A stretch of DNA of 64,000 bases, taken from Candidatus Hadarchaeum sp. Its GTDB lineage: Archaea > Hadarchaeota > Hadarchaeia > Hadarchaeales > Hadarchaeaceae. Shown one piece after another: positions 39,891 to 50,181 of the stretch. The translations under genes and the position numbers were made by a program. The notes under the pieces were generated by a model that ran no database searches, was not told where the DNA came from, and saw only the letters and a list, made by a program, of their open reading frames with translations. Numbering within the stretch: the first letter of the stretch is position 1; every line of letters starts with the position of its first letter. The stretch is from the NCBI RefSeq assembly GCF_038871235.1, contig NZ_JAVZIN010000008.1:1-64000 (forward strand), given 5' to 3'.

Positions 39891-42560
39891 CTAGGCCATG
39901 CTATATGCTTGTTTCTCAGGCTCCTTTGACTTCAGCGCGGCGTGGGCAGCTGCCAGCCTAGCCACTGGTATTCTAAAGGGAGAACAGGAGACATAGTTCA
40001 ACCCCAGCTCGTGACAGAATTCTATCGATTGGGGGTCACCGCCATGCTCTCCGCAGATTCCTATTTCAAGGTCAGGTCTCTTGCTTCTGCCCAAATCCAC
40101 CGCTATCTTCATGAGCTTCCCCACGCCTTTTTGATCCAGCTTCTGGAAGGGATCAGCTTCCAAAATCCCCCGCTCGATATACTGGAAAAGGAACCGACCT
40201 TCAGCATCATCCCTAGAATAAGCAAAAACCATCTGGGTCAAATCGTTTGTTCCGAAGGAGAAGAATTCAGCGTACTCTGCGATCTCGTCAGCAGTAAGTG
40301 CCGCACGAGGAACTTCTATCATAGTACCAAACTTGTATTTCAGATCCACTCCGTGCTTTTGCATCACTTCATGCGCAACTTTCTCCAGCTGCTCCCTAAC
40401 GACTTTCAGCTCGTTAACATGACCAACCAGCGGAATCATTATCTCTGGCCTTGGATCCTTACCCTCCCGCTTCAGTTCACAGGCCGCCTCAAAAATTGCC
40501 CTGACCTGCATCTCATTGATATCAGGATAGGTTATGCCAAGCCTGCAGCCGCGAAGGCCCATCATAGGATTGGCCTCGCGCATGTTTTCGACCCTCTTCA
40601 ACATTTCTTCTTTTTTCTTGAGTCCATCGGGATCGGTGCCTTTAAGCCTGAGCTCGATAACCTCCTCCAGCAATTTTTCATACTTAGGTAAAAACTCGTG
40701 AAGCGGTGGGTCCAGCAATCTTATTATCACGGGAAGACCGTCCATGACCTCAAGTATTTCCTTAAAGTCATTCTTCTGAATCTGGAGAAGTTTTTCGAGT
40801 GGCTTCTTCCTTTCCTCAACAGTTTTTCCCAAGATCATTTCATGCACGAGGGGCAGCCTGTCCTCTTCAAAAAACATGTGTTCGGTGCGGCAGAGACCTA
40901 TTCCTTGAGCTCCAAGTTCTCTGGCCTTTTTAGCGTCCCTCGGGTAGTCCGCATTGGCCCAGTTCTGAAGCTTTTTCACCTCATCGGCAAAGGAGAGAAT
41001 AGTCAAAAGCTCGGGTGACATCCTCGGCTCAATCAGGGGGGCCTCACCGAGGATAACCTCCCCAGTGGTCCCGTTTATCGTTATCAGATCTCCTTCTTTA
41101 ACAGCGATCCCATCTACCTCAAAACGGCGGGCCTCAGCATCTATTTTTATGGCCTCACAGCCCACGACCGCCGGCTTCCCCAGTCCTCTTGTCACAACGG
41201 CCGCATGGCTAGTGACCCCACCTCTGGATGTCAAAACACCCTGTGAAGCAATTATGCCGCCAACATCATCGGGGCTTGTTTCCGGGCGCACCAAAATAAC
41301 CTTTTCACCAGCTTTGCCCATTTCCTTGGCCCGCTCAGAATCGAACACCACCTTACCCACCGCTGCCCCTGGGCTGGCATTTAAACCCTTCGCTATAACC
41401 GTAACTTTGGCCTTGGGATCAACCTGCTTGTGGAGAAGCTGTTCAACGTGGGCGGGTTCGATACGCAACAGTGCCTCCTCTTTTCTAATCAGACCCTCGA
41501 CCACCATGTCAACCGCTATCTTGACCGCAGCCTGAGCGGTTCTTTTGCCGGCTCTCGTCTGGAGCATGTAAAGCTTGCCCCGCTCCACGGTGAACTCAAT
41601 GTCCTGCATATCCCGGTAGTGGCGCTCCAGTTTCTCCGCTATCTCCACCAGCCTGTTGTAAATCCAAGGATATCTCCGGTTCAAATCCTCTATCTTGAGC
41701 GGAGTTCTGATGCCGGCGACCACGTCTTCGCCCTGCGCGTTGAAGAGGAACTCGCCAAAAAGCTTGTGCTCACCGGTTGATGGATCACGCGTGAAGGCCA
41801 CACCAGTTCCTGAGTCCTCCCCGATGTTACCAAAGACCATCGTTACAACATTAACCGCGGTTCCGAGATAATCTGGAATCTTGTAAAATCTCCGATACTC
41901 AACGGCGCGCTTGTTTTGCCATGAAGCAAAAACCGCCCCGATGGCCAGCTCAAGCTGTGTGTAAGGATCAACTGGAAAATCTCGATGTGTTTCCTTTCTT
42001 ACTAACTCTTTAAACTTGCTAACAATTTCTTTGAGGTCGCTGGCTTTTAAATCAGTATCAAACTTAGCCCCTACCCTTTCCTTCTGCCTCTCAAAAATTT
42101 CCTCAAATTTCTTACCATCAACACCCAAGACTATCTTTCCAAACATCTGGATGAAACGACGATAAGCATCATAGGCAAATCTCTCATTGTTCGTAAGCCT
42201 GGCCAAGCCCTCAACGGTTTCATCATTCAAACCGAGATTAAGTATTGTATCCATCATGCCTGGCATTGAATACATGGATCCAGACCGCACGGAAACCAGC
42301 AATGGATTCTTGGGGTCACCAAAACCCTTGCCAGTTATCTTTTCAAGCTTTTTCATTGCCTGCACGACTTCTTCCATTAGACCGTTCGGAAGCCTTCCTC
42401 CGGCTTCATAGTACTCCCGGCAAACTTCGGTGGTAATCACAAAACCCGGAGGAACCGGCAATCCCAGCTGGGCCATCGTGCACAGCCCTGCTCCTTTGCC
42501 CCCCAACAGCCTCTTGTTGTTGCCGTCGCCCTCATCAAAGAAATAAAGTCTTTTTGGCAT
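39891..42560 (-). CDS. ppdK: Pyruvate, phosphate dikinase
   Basis: LLGGKGA, SVRSG, QGEDVVAG, GGVTSHAAVV, GTNDL, CGEHGG; ATG 42560. Confidence 0.96.
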   Translation of the reverse strand: MPKRLYFFDEGDGNNKRLLGGKGAGLCTMAQLGLPVPPGFVITTEVCREYYEAGGRLPNGLMEEVVQAMKKLEKITGKGFGDPKNPLLVSVRSGSMYSMPGMMDTILNLGLNDETVEGLARLTNNERFAYDAYRRFIQMFGKIVLGVDGKKFEEIFERQKERVGAKFDTDLKASDLKEIVSKFKELVRKETHRDFPVDPYTQLELAIGAVFASWQNKRAVEYRRFYKIPDYLGTAVNVVTMVFGNIGEDSGTGVAFTRDPSTGEHKLFGEFLFNAQGEDVVAGIRTPLKIEDLNRRYPWIYNRLVEIAEKLERHYRDMQDIEFTVERGKLYMLQTRAGKRTAQAAVKIAVDMVVEGLIRKEEALLRIEPAHVEQLLHKQVDPKAKVTVIAKGLNASPGAAVGKVVFDSERAKEMGKAGEKVILVRPETSPDDVGGIIASQGVLTSRGGVTSHAAVVTRGLGKPAVVGCEAIKIDAEARRFEVDGIAVKEGDLITINGTTGEVILGEAPLIEPRMSPELLTILSFADEVKKLQNWANADYPRDAKKARELGAQGIGLCRTEHMFFEEDRLPLVHEMILGKTVEERKKPLEKLLQIQKNDFKEILEVMDGLPVIIRLLDPPLHEFLPKYEKLLEEVIELRLKGTDPDGLKKKEEMLKRVENMREANPMMGLRGCRLGITYPDINEMQVRAIFEAACELKREGKDPRPEIMIPLVGHVNELKVVREQLEKVAHEVMQKHGVDLKYKFGTMIEVPRAALTADEIAEYAEFFSFGTNDLTQMVFAYSRDDAEGRFLFQYIERGILEADPFQKLDQKGVGKLMKIAVDLGRSKRPDLEIGICGEHGGDPQSIEFCHELGLNYVSCSPFRIPVARLAAAHAALKSKEPEKQAYSMA

Positions 42561-42640
42561 GCCATCCCTCAAGAGGTTTACCGTGGTATCAGACTTAAAA
42601 ATCTTTGCCCCTATAAGGTTAAACGCAGTCGGGAGGATTC

Positions 42641-43528
42641 GTGAGCAAGATGTCATTCGAAGATTTAATCCCAGTGAAACCTGGCTTTGGTGGTTTCGAT
42701 TTCCCCTATGAAAAATCCCAAATCGTTTTCTTGGGCGCACCTGTAGATGTCACCTCCAGCTACCGTCCCGGCTACAAATTCGCCCCTGCAAAAATAAGGG
42801 AAGCCTCAGCGAACCTTGAAACCTATATAATGTCAGCTGGCGTTGACGTTTTCGAAAAGATCAACATCACCGATATTGGAGATATAATAGTCACGCCTGC
42901 GGACCTTGAACTAACCGGGCGTAGAATTACCAACGTCGTTGAGAAAATTCTGACGGATGGCAAGATTCCGGCGATTATGGGTGGGGAACACACAATTTCC
43001 TACTTCACCTTAAAAGCTTTTGAGGATGTATTCGTGATCCAGCTTGACGCTCACCGAGACCTCCGTGACAATTACTTAGGTGACAGGCTCTGCCACGCCA
43101 CAGTTATGCGCCGAGTTCTTGACTTACTACCCGCTGACCGGTTGATACAACTTGGGATAAGATCCTGCTCGAAGGATGAAGCTGAATTTGCTAGAGAAGC
43201 CGGAATATTGGCCTATTCGACGGAGCAAATAAACAAGGGGCTTGTAAAAATTACTTCTCAAGTAAAAGAAATCGTGGGGAGCTCAAAGGTTTATCTTTCA
43301 ATCGACCTCGATGTTCTGGATCCCGCTTTTGCCCCGGGAGTTTCAACCCCTGAACCTGGTGGCCTGTCCACGATCGAGCTCCTCCGGATTCTACGGGAAA
43401 TTGGTAAGTTAAACTTATCAGGATTTGATGTTGTCGAGCTGGTCCCGCCTCACGATGACGGAACCACTTCGTTCGTGGCGGCGAGAATAATCTACGAGTT
43501 GCTGGCTACACTAGGATCTCAAAGATGA
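42641..43528 (+). CDS. speB: Agmatinase
   Basis: GGEHT, DAHRD, SIDLDVLDP, TPEPGG. Confidence 0.92.
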   Translation: MSKMSFEDLIPVKPGFGGFDFPYEKSQIVFLGAPVDVTSSYRPGYKFAPAKIREASANLETYIMSAGVDVFEKINITDIGDIIVTPADLELTGRRITNVVEKILTDGKIPAIMGGEHTISYFTLKAFEDVFVIQLDAHRDLRDNYLGDRLCHATVMRRVLDLLPADRLIQLGIRSCSKDEAEFAREAGILAYSTEQINKGLVKITSQVKEIVGSSKVYLSIDLDVLDPAFAPGVSTPEPGGLSTIELLRILREIGKLNLSGFDVVELVPPHDDGTTSFVAARIIYELLATLGSQR

Positions 43529-43532
43529 GAGC

Positions 43533-44051
43533 TCACTGCAGATATTCCTGGCCCTTTTCAACAATTATCTTTGTCTTAAAAGGAATTTTCAAGTTAGCCC
43601 TGTGTAGAGCCTCCTTAGCTACCCTAGCGAACTCCCTCTTGCAGCTCACCGTCATCAATTTCTGCCCCACGCTGACTCGAGCGGCGGCCCCTATCGGCTT
43701 TCCGAAGGCCCGTCTCATCCCGTCTGAAACCCGGTCCGCACCAGCACCCATGACGATCGGATTCTCACGAAGAACTTGATGAGGGTAAACTCTGAGCTTC
43801 AGATGATAATTTTCTTTACCGGCCTTTTGCTCCAGCAAACGGTTGGCCGCAACCCTTGCCGCCTCAAGGCTATTATGCCTTATTTGGCCGGCTTCGGCTA
43901 AAACCATCGACATCACCACATCAAATTCTCCTTTTGGGTTGCCCATGTCAAAGAAAGTCACCCGTACCGGAGGGACGCCCTTAACGAACTCGCGTCTAGT
44001 GTAGGCTGGACCGCTGAATTTTCTGTAGCTCCTACCCGGTCTCAATGGCAT
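43533..44051 (-). CDS. rpl10e: 50S ribosomal protein L10e (uL16)
   Basis: [29 protein letters not shown]; ATG 44051. Confidence 0.95.
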   Translation of the reverse strand: MPLRPGRSYRKFSGPAYTRREFVKGVPPVRVTFFDMGNPKGEFDVVMSMVLAEAGQIRHNSLEAARVAANRLLEQKAGKENYHLKLRVYPHQVLRENPIVMGAGADRVSDGMRRAFGKPIGAAARVSVGQKLMTVSCKREFARVAKEALHRANLKIPFKTKIIVEKGQEYLQ

Positions 44052-44156
44052 TTTTACCCCTCCCCAAACCAATAATTTTCTCGTACTTAATAGAGTTGCC
44101 GCTTTCAAAAGTTGTCTTACTGTATATATAATCCTTTACGAAAACGAACAAGACAA

Positions 44157-45317
44157 TTAGATATGTAACTCGACGACGTCCCTGTCTTCCAGCACGTAGT
44201 CCCGCGTGACCTGTTGACCTGGGAATCTGGTCGAACCCCAAACCCGCGCGAACTTCAGCTCCTTGGCAAAATCCTTATGGACTGAGCGGGCCACGTCCAT
44301 GACTGTGGAGCCCCGAGGCAAAACTAAAGGGCGTCCCGCTGGCTTCTCGTCTGGTTTCTTGGTGTAGACGCGAATCAAGTCGAGCTGCTGGTAAATCCTT
44401 CTCTTCAGGTCATCTGGTTTTTCGCCCGTATGCAGCACTTCAAGCAGCCCCCCGAACTCCCGCCTAATCACTTCCAACTTTTCGGCGGCGTTAGGTGTGT
44501 CAAATTTAGTCAACAAAATAAAGCCTCTAGGGTAAACATTCGACTCGGAAAGGGCTTCCTCAAAGTCCTCAGGGGTGATGGGTTCTTCAATCACAACGAA
44601 AGCATTGTGGATGCGGTGCTCCTGTAGAATTCGCTTTATTTCTACCTCCCCGCCCTCAACCAGTTTCGCCCCTTTTATTTCGATGCCACCACTGGAGCGT
44701 TTTTCGATGCTGACCTTTGGTGGCCTGCAATTCAGCTTGACGCCTACGGCCTCCAGCTCGTTAAGCAAAATTCTGATTTGGTTGACTGGTTCATCGGAAG
44801 CATCGACGACAAGCGCGATGGCGTCGGCGTTACGAGCCACGCTCAGTGGGCGAGCGCCGAGACCTCGACCATAGCTTGAACCCTCAACTATGGCGGGCAC
44901 CTCGACTAACTGTACTTGCACGTCCTCAAACTGCATCATGCCTGGAACAGGACATCTAGTCGTGAACGGATAATCGGCAACCTCGACGCGAGCGCTGGTA
45001 AGGTCCCGCAGAATTTTTGACTTGCCTGAGTTTGGTAGGCCCACTAGAGCCACCTGCGCTGCTCCCTCCTTCTTAACTGAAAAGCTGGGCCCACCACCTC
45101 GACCAATTTTTTTCTCGCGCTTCTCTTCCAATTCCAACCGCAATTTTGCCAGACGGTGCTTAAGCGTCTTTAACAGCTTCTCCGAACCCTTATGCTTCGG
45201 CGCTACTCGGATCATTTCCTCTGTGGCTTTGATCTTTTCCTCCAGCGTTCTGGCCTGAAGATAGCGCTCCTCCGCTTTTTTATATTCGGGAGTAACATTG
45301 GCCGGCAAGATGATCAA
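44157..45317 (-). CDS. DRG/OBG family GTPase with TGS domain
   Basis: PKHKGSE, GLPNSGKS, YPFTT, RVYTK, FARVWG. Confidence 0.9.
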   Translation of the reverse strand: MIILPANVTPEYKKAEERYLQARTLEEKIKATEEMIRVAPKHKGSEKLLKTLKHRLAKLRLELEEKREKKIGRGGGPSFSVKKEGAAQVALVGLPNSGKSKILRDLTSARVEVADYPFTTRCPVPGMMQFEDVQVQLVEVPAIVEGSSYGRGLGARPLSVARNADAIALVVDASDEPVNQIRILLNELEAVGVKLNCRPPKVSIEKRSSGGIEIKGAKLVEGGEVEIKRILQEHRIHNAFVVIEEPITPEDFEEALSESNVYPRGFILLTKFDTPNAAEKLEVIRREFGGLLEVLHTGEKPDDLKRRIYQQLDLIRVYTKKPDEKPAGRPLVLPRGSTVMDVARSVHKDFAKELKFARVWGSTRFPGQQVTRDYVLEDRDVVELHI

Positions 45318-45462
45318 TGAAAATTTAATCTTTCATAGACAAAAATTTGCCGAAACGGTTTAAGCTAACTTTTACCTAAATATTGGAAGTCTAATTCCTA
45401 AACTGGAAATATCTCCATTTTGCAAAAAATCCTTAAATAAAAACAAACTCTAATCTTAACTT

Positions 45463-45693
45463 GGCGGGGATGGTAGCCCGCAGAAGAGGTCGAACCGGAG
45501 CCTACGGGCAACGGGGATCCGTGCAAAAACCCGGGCTAAAAACCGGGGAAGGGCGCGGATAATTCCTGTGGAAGAACAGGATGGGACAAACGCTGCGGGA
45601 AGAAGACCCTGACGAGAAAAAATGGCGAGCAAGCGAGGTGGTCGAGGTTCGCGAGCTCGTTAGGAGAGTATTGGAGGGGTCGAAATCCCCGCC
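45463..45693 (+). ncRNA. Unassigned structured RNA (~231 nt)
   Basis: Terminal stem GGCGGGGAT/ATCCCCGCC, several internal helices, cUACGg tetraloop, upstream TTAAATAA box and downstream T-run. Confidence 0.75.
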
Positions 45694-45705
45694 GCTTTTT
45701 TTAGG

Positions 45706-46881
45706 TTAAGTGAGAAACTTGAAATATTTCAATGCTCTTCTAATCCCGATGGATTTCAAGAGTTCTGGCGCCTTTGCAACCAGCGCAATGATTAACTTTT
45801 CGTGATGGTCAAAATCAAAATTTTTCAACACCGTCTCTCTGACTTCCTCATCCATCAAAAAGGTGGATAAAAAATTAAGATCCTCATTTGACATCTGATC
45901 AAACAATTTCTTGATCTGGATGCCAACGCTGAACTCCGTGCCGAACTTTTTCATGACCGCTTCCTGGTAACACTCAAGTTCTTCCATTCTGCCGCTTTCG
46001 AGAGCGTTTATCACGGCCTCGGCCGCAAGTTTGGCACAGGACAAACCGATGTAAATGCCTCCGCCAGTGAGCGGCTTAACCTGCCCGGCGGCATCCCCAA
46101 CTAGAAGCACCGCTCCCTTTTGAATCTTACGGGACATACATTTCGGGATCACACCCGTGCATCGGCTGAAGATAGTTTTACCAACCTTTTTGGAAGCTAC
46201 TGGGTGCTCGGAAAGAAATTTTTTAAACAATCGAGTTGGATTGCCACTCTTAGCGCCTAGGCCCACTCTGGCAACCCTGCCGGCTTTAACCATCCAACTA
46301 AAGAATCCTGGTGAAAAATTGTTATCTAGATAAATTTCAGCGACGCCGTTATCTAGGTCCGCCTCCGCCTCTACCTGTGCACATTTGATGTACTCATTGC
46401 TGACCAAAAGACCTGACTTGCGAGCAACAACGGAAAGTGGACCATCAGCTCCAATCACAACCCGAGCTTTTAACTTATCCACATCTTGGGTTTTTACCAT
46501 TGGCCCATCATTGAACGCAATATCAACACACCTTTTGTTCAAAACTAGGTCCGCGCCGGCCTTGACCGCGGCATCGGCTAGCGAACGGTCAAATTTCACC
46601 CGGTCTATCACCAACGCCTCAACTTTCCCTCTTGTCAATTCAATGGGGACATTAGAAGGGGGATAAATCTTGGCTCTTCTTAACTTGCCCAACACCCATT
46701 TTCCGGGTTTGATACCGAGCTCTCCAAGGCCACTCGCGCCCACTATGCCAGTACAGCAAGCGGGTTTGCCCACCTCGGAGTGCTCCTCGACTATCGCCAC
46801 CCTGAGCCCGCGCGCTGCCAAGATTTTCCCGGCAAAACACCCCGCCGGCCCTGCGCCAACAATTAGGACGTCAGTTTCCAT
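45706..46881 (-). CDS. Geranylgeranyl reductase family (archaeal lipid saturation)
   Basis: GAGPAG, GADG, PGFFSW, GDAAGQVKPLTGGGI. Confidence 0.88.
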   Translation of the reverse strand: METDVLIVGAGPAGCFAGKILAARGLRVAIVEEHSEVGKPACCTGIVGASGLGELGIKPGKWVLGKLRRAKIYPPSNVPIELTRGKVEALVIDRVKFDRSLADAAVKAGADLVLNKRCVDIAFNDGPMVKTQDVDKLKARVVIGADGPLSVVARKSGLLVSNEYIKCAQVEAEADLDNGVAEIYLDNNFSPGFFSWMVKAGRVARVGLGAKSGNPTRLFKKFLSEHPVASKKVGKTIFSRCTGVIPKCMSRKIQKGAVLLVGDAAGQVKPLTGGGIYIGLSCAKLAAEAVINALESGRMEELECYQEAVMKKFGTEFSVGIQIKKLFDQMSNEDLNFLSTFLMDEEVRETVLKNFDFDHHEKLIIALVAKAPELLKSIGIRRALKYFKFLT

Positions 46882-46936
46882 TTGGTTACCTCATCATTTT
46901 TTAGGTTACAATTAGATAACGCTAACGAGTGGTGCC

Positions 46937-47314
46937 ATGCTGGAAGCGGTTGGTTATGTCATTCTTGGTGTTTTCTTGGTGCTGTTGCCCGGTTTCCTGT
47001 TTTCAATAGTGCTTTACCCAAAAAGGGAACACCTCGATTTCTGGTCCCGAGTGGGCACTAGCTTGGGTTTAGGCGCCATGATGGGGGCTTTATTGGGTTA
47101 TGTAATCTCAATACCCGGTCTAAGCACCCTTTCACTCGAGTCTTTCACGCTGGCGACCTTGATAGTCTCCATCATCTTAGCAATTGCGGCCTTTCTGCGC
47201 GGAGGTTTTGACGTCCTCTCTTGGTATAAAAATCAAATTCTCTGCAGATTCCGTAAACCGAAAAAAGAAACAGACTTACAAAGCAGCATCCGTGGAGAGT
47301 CGACCACTGGTTGA
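46937..47314 (+). CDS. Membrane protein (DUF1616 N-terminus-like)
   Basis: LLPGF..LYP...DFWSR..SLGL; 3 TM segments. Confidence 0.65.
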   Translation: MLEAVGYVILGVFLVLLPGFLFSIVLYPKREHLDFWSRVGTSLGLGAMMGALLGYVISIPGLSTLSLESFTLATLIVSIILAIAAFLRGGFDVLSWYKNQILCRFRKPKKETDLQSSIRGESTTG

Positions 47315-47325
47315 AGGTGGCTTGG

Positions 47326-47682
47326 ATGTTTAAGTATAAACAGGTGATCGTGGTGAGGATCGACATAGAAATGAGTCCTGGAAAGCTAGCCGCCCAAGTT
47401 GCCCACGGTTCGGTCGGGGCTGCCGAAGAAACCAGAAAAAAACACAGGGGATGGTTCCATAACTGGTTCTCTGAGGGGCAAAAGAAAGTTGTTGTGAAGG
47501 TGGGGGGTGAAAGTGAACTTCGAGAGCTAAAGAAAAAAGCCGACAAACTTGGCCTACCAAACATGCTTGTCGTGGACGCTGGACTGACGGAGCTTGCTCC
47601 TGGAACTGTCACCGCTCTAGGAATTGGACCAGCACCCAATGAAATTTTGGATCAGATCACAGGAAATCTTCCACTGCTTTAG
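47326..47682 (+). CDS. pth2: Peptidyl-tRNA hydrolase Pth2
   Basis: KQVIVVR, GKLAAQVAH, DAGLTE, GIGP. Confidence 0.95.
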   Translation: MFKYKQVIVVRIDIEMSPGKLAAQVAHGSVGAAEETRKKHRGWFHNWFSEGQKKVVVKVGGESELRELKKKADKLGLPNMLVVDAGLTELAPGTVTALGIGPAPNEILDQITGNLPLL

Positions 47683-48675
47683 GTGATTGGGGTGAAGCTC
47701 AAAGAAGTTGGCGAAAAGGTCCTCGTCGAAACCGCGAGGAAGACGTTCAGAAAGGGAAAATCAATCAGAATCGGCATAGGTGACGACGCGGCAGCCGTAG
47801 ATTTGCCCGGTAAAAAATGCTTAGTGGTTACGACTGATATGCTGGTGGCTAGCACTCATTTTCCTGCGGGGATGAAACCTGAACAAATAGGGATAAAGTC
47901 CGTTGTGGTTAACCTCAGTGACTTGGCCTCAATGGGTGCCGAGCCGCTAGGCCTCGCTTTCTCCGTGGCTTTGCCCAGAGAACTCGAATTTGGATATGTT
48001 AAGAGAATTATGCGAGGAATGGAATCTGCGGCGAAAGAATATGGGACATACGTTGTGGGGGGTGATCTCGATGAAGCCGAAGAAATCACTATCGCCGGTT
48101 CGGCCTTTGGTCTTGCCGACAAAAACAAACTCCTCAGAAGATCGGGGGTAAGAAAAGGAGATATTTTGGCAGTTACGGGGGAGCTTGGTGCTGCCTCTGC
48201 CGGGCTAAAAATAATCATGGAAAAAATTCCTGCTAAGGGTTATGGGGAACTTGTAAAAGCACAGCTAGAGCCGAAGGCTCGGGTGATGGAAGGGATGGCG
48301 CTGGCCAGAAGTGGTCACGTCAAAGCAGCTATAGATGTGTCTGATGGTCTTGCCGCCAACCTCTGGCACTTGTCTAGGGAAAGTGGTGTCAAAATTATTA
48401 TAGACAGAGAAAAAATACCAGTTCATCGTTTGGTCAAAAAATTCTCCGCACAATATGGTTATGATATCGACGAGTTCGCGCTTTATAGTGGTGAGGACTT
48501 TGAGTTGATCTTTGCAACCCAACCGAGATTCTGGGAAAGTGTTAAGTCCGCCCTCAAACGTACTGGAACAAAAGCCACACCAATTGGCATGGCGGTCGAA
48601 GGAAGCGGAGTGTTCATCAAAATTGGAGAAAAAATAGATGAACTGGAAGACAGGGGCTACGAACACTTTAAATAG
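47683..48675 (+). CDS. thiL: Thiamine-monophosphate kinase
   Basis: GIGDDAA, NLSDLASMG, DVSDGL, GEDFEL, GYEHF. Confidence 0.94.
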   Translation: MIGVKLKEVGEKVLVETARKTFRKGKSIRIGIGDDAAAVDLPGKKCLVVTTDMLVASTHFPAGMKPEQIGIKSVVVNLSDLASMGAEPLGLAFSVALPRELEFGYVKRIMRGMESAAKEYGTYVVGGDLDEAEEITIAGSAFGLADKNKLLRRSGVRKGDILAVTGELGAASAGLKIIMEKIPAKGYGELVKAQLEPKARVMEGMALARSGHVKAAIDVSDGLAANLWHLSRESGVKIIIDREKIPVHRLVKKFSAQYGYDIDEFALYSGEDFELIFATQPRFWESVKSALKRTGTKATPIGMAVEGSGVFIKIGEKIDELEDRGYEHFK

Positions 48676-48678
48676 GCA

Positions 48679-50181
48679 TTACTCTTTCTTCAACTTTTGG
48701 TACATTTTCCAAGTCAAAATTGGCTCACGCGACGCCCTCGCCTCATCAAGCCTGCCAACCGCGGTTGCCACTGGTGCAGATTTAACCTTCTCAGGGTCTT
48801 CTCTCGACTCCCGAGCTATAATCCTCATCGCTTCTATGAACCTATCCAGCTCCTCTTTCGACTCAGTTTCGGTGGGCTCGACCATGAGGGCCTCTGGAAC
48901 TATTGGGGGAAAATAGTATGTCGGGGGATGAACCCCAAAGTCGAGCAGCCGCTTGGCGACATCCTTGGCCGTTATCCCAGTCTCCTTCTTAAGCGGCTCG
49001 GCGCTGAGGACCACTTCGTGCTTGCAGGGGCCATCGTAATTAACTTTGAAACTTTTCCCGTCGTTGAGCTTCTTCATCAGATAATTGGCGTTCAGAACGG
49101 CTGTCTCGGCTGCTTCCTCCAAACCATCAGCACCCATGGAGAGTATATAGGCATAAGCTTTCACTAGCACCCCGAAATTACCGAAGAATGACTTTATTTT
49201 ACCTATCGAGTGGGGGCGGTCATAGTTGAGCCAAAAACGTTCACGTTTCTCATCGTATTCAATCACTGGCACTGGCAGGAACCTCTCAAGCTTTTCGACA
49301 ACACCTACAGGTCCAGCGCCCGGTCCGCCGCCGCCGTGGGGTGTAGAAAAAGTTTTGTGAAGATTTAAGTGGACTATGTCAAAACCCATGTCGCCGGGAC
49401 GCGCCTTTCCGATGATTCCATTCAGGTTGGCGCCGTCATAGTATAGAAGGCCGCCGACATCGTGAACAACTTGGGCTATTTTTAGAATTTCGTCCTCAAA
49501 GAGGCCCAGGGTGTTCGGGTTTGTCATCATCAGTGCTGCAGTGTTTTCTGAGACCGCCGCTCGGAGCGCCTCTAGGTCAACCCTCCCGCGGCTGTTCGAG
49601 GGAACTACAATAACATTGAATCCTGCCATACCAGCGCTAGCAAAGTTGGTTCCGTGAGCAGAATCGGGCACGATGACTTCCTTCCTTTTTTCCCCCTTTG
49701 ACTTAAAGTAGGCGCGAACAAGCAACAACCCCAAAAACTCACCATGTGCGCCTGCCGACGGCTGCAAACACATTCGAGACATGCCAGTTATCTCGCACAA
49801 AAAGTTCTCAAGACGATACATGATCTCCAAAGCCCCCTGGACCGTTTCCACATCCTGATCTGGATGAATGTTCGCCACCTCATCCAAGTCAGCCAGTTCT
49901 TCGTTTATCTTGGGGTTGTACTTCATCGTGCACGAGCCAAGCGGATAGAATCCCGTATCAACGCAGAAGTTCATTTGCGATAGCCTAGTGTAGTGCCTCA
50001 CGATCTCGGGCTCAGATAGTTCCGGGATATCGATCGACTTTCGCAACAGTTTTTCCGGAATATTAAAATCGGGCGTGACCACATTCGGCAACAGGCTACC
50101 TTTGGCACTTTTTCTCCCCATCTCAAAAATCAACGGCTCTAAACCAGATTCACAGACCCAGCGAGCTTGGTGATAATTCAT
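48679..50181 (-). CDS. gcvPB: Glycine decarboxylase subunit 2
   Basis: [37 protein letters not shown]. Confidence 0.95.
   Translation of the reverse strand: MNYHQARWVCESGLEPLIFEMGRKSAKGSLLPNVVTPDFNIPEKLLRKSIDIPELSEPEIVRHYTRLSQMNFCVDTGFYPLGSCTMKYNPKINEELADLDEVANIHPDQDVETVQGALEIMYRLENFLCEITGMSRMCLQPSAGAHGEFLGLLLVRAYFKSKGEKRKEVIVPDSAHGTNFASAGMAGFNVIVVPSNSRGRVDLEALRAAVSENTAALMMTNPNTLGLFEDEILKIAQVVHDVGGLLYYDGANLNGIIGKARPGDMGFDIVHLNLHKTFSTPHGGGGPGAGPVGVVEKLERFLPVPVIEYDEKRERFWLNYDRPHSIGKIKSFFGNFGVLVKAYAYILSMGADGLEEAAETAVLNANYLMKKLNDGKSFKVNYDGPCKHEVVLSAEPLKKETGITAKDVAKRLLDFGVHPPTYYFPPIVPEALMVEPTETESKEELDRFIEAMRIIARESREDPEKVKSAPVATAVGRLDEARASREPILTWKMYQKLKKE

Noticed and set aside
42561-42740. N-terminal extension of PPDK (likewise of L10e, Alba and GcvPB)
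   Set aside because: Artefacts of longest-ORF calling; downstream ATGs match the family N-termini
45463-45693. RNase P, SRP, tmRNA, lysine riboswitch or hammerhead identity
   Set aside because: Conserved signatures are absent. CTGACGA and GAAA are present, but the cleavage triplet would be AUG and stems I/II do not form. The T-arm-like GGGG-TCGAAAT-CCCC lacks an acceptor stem
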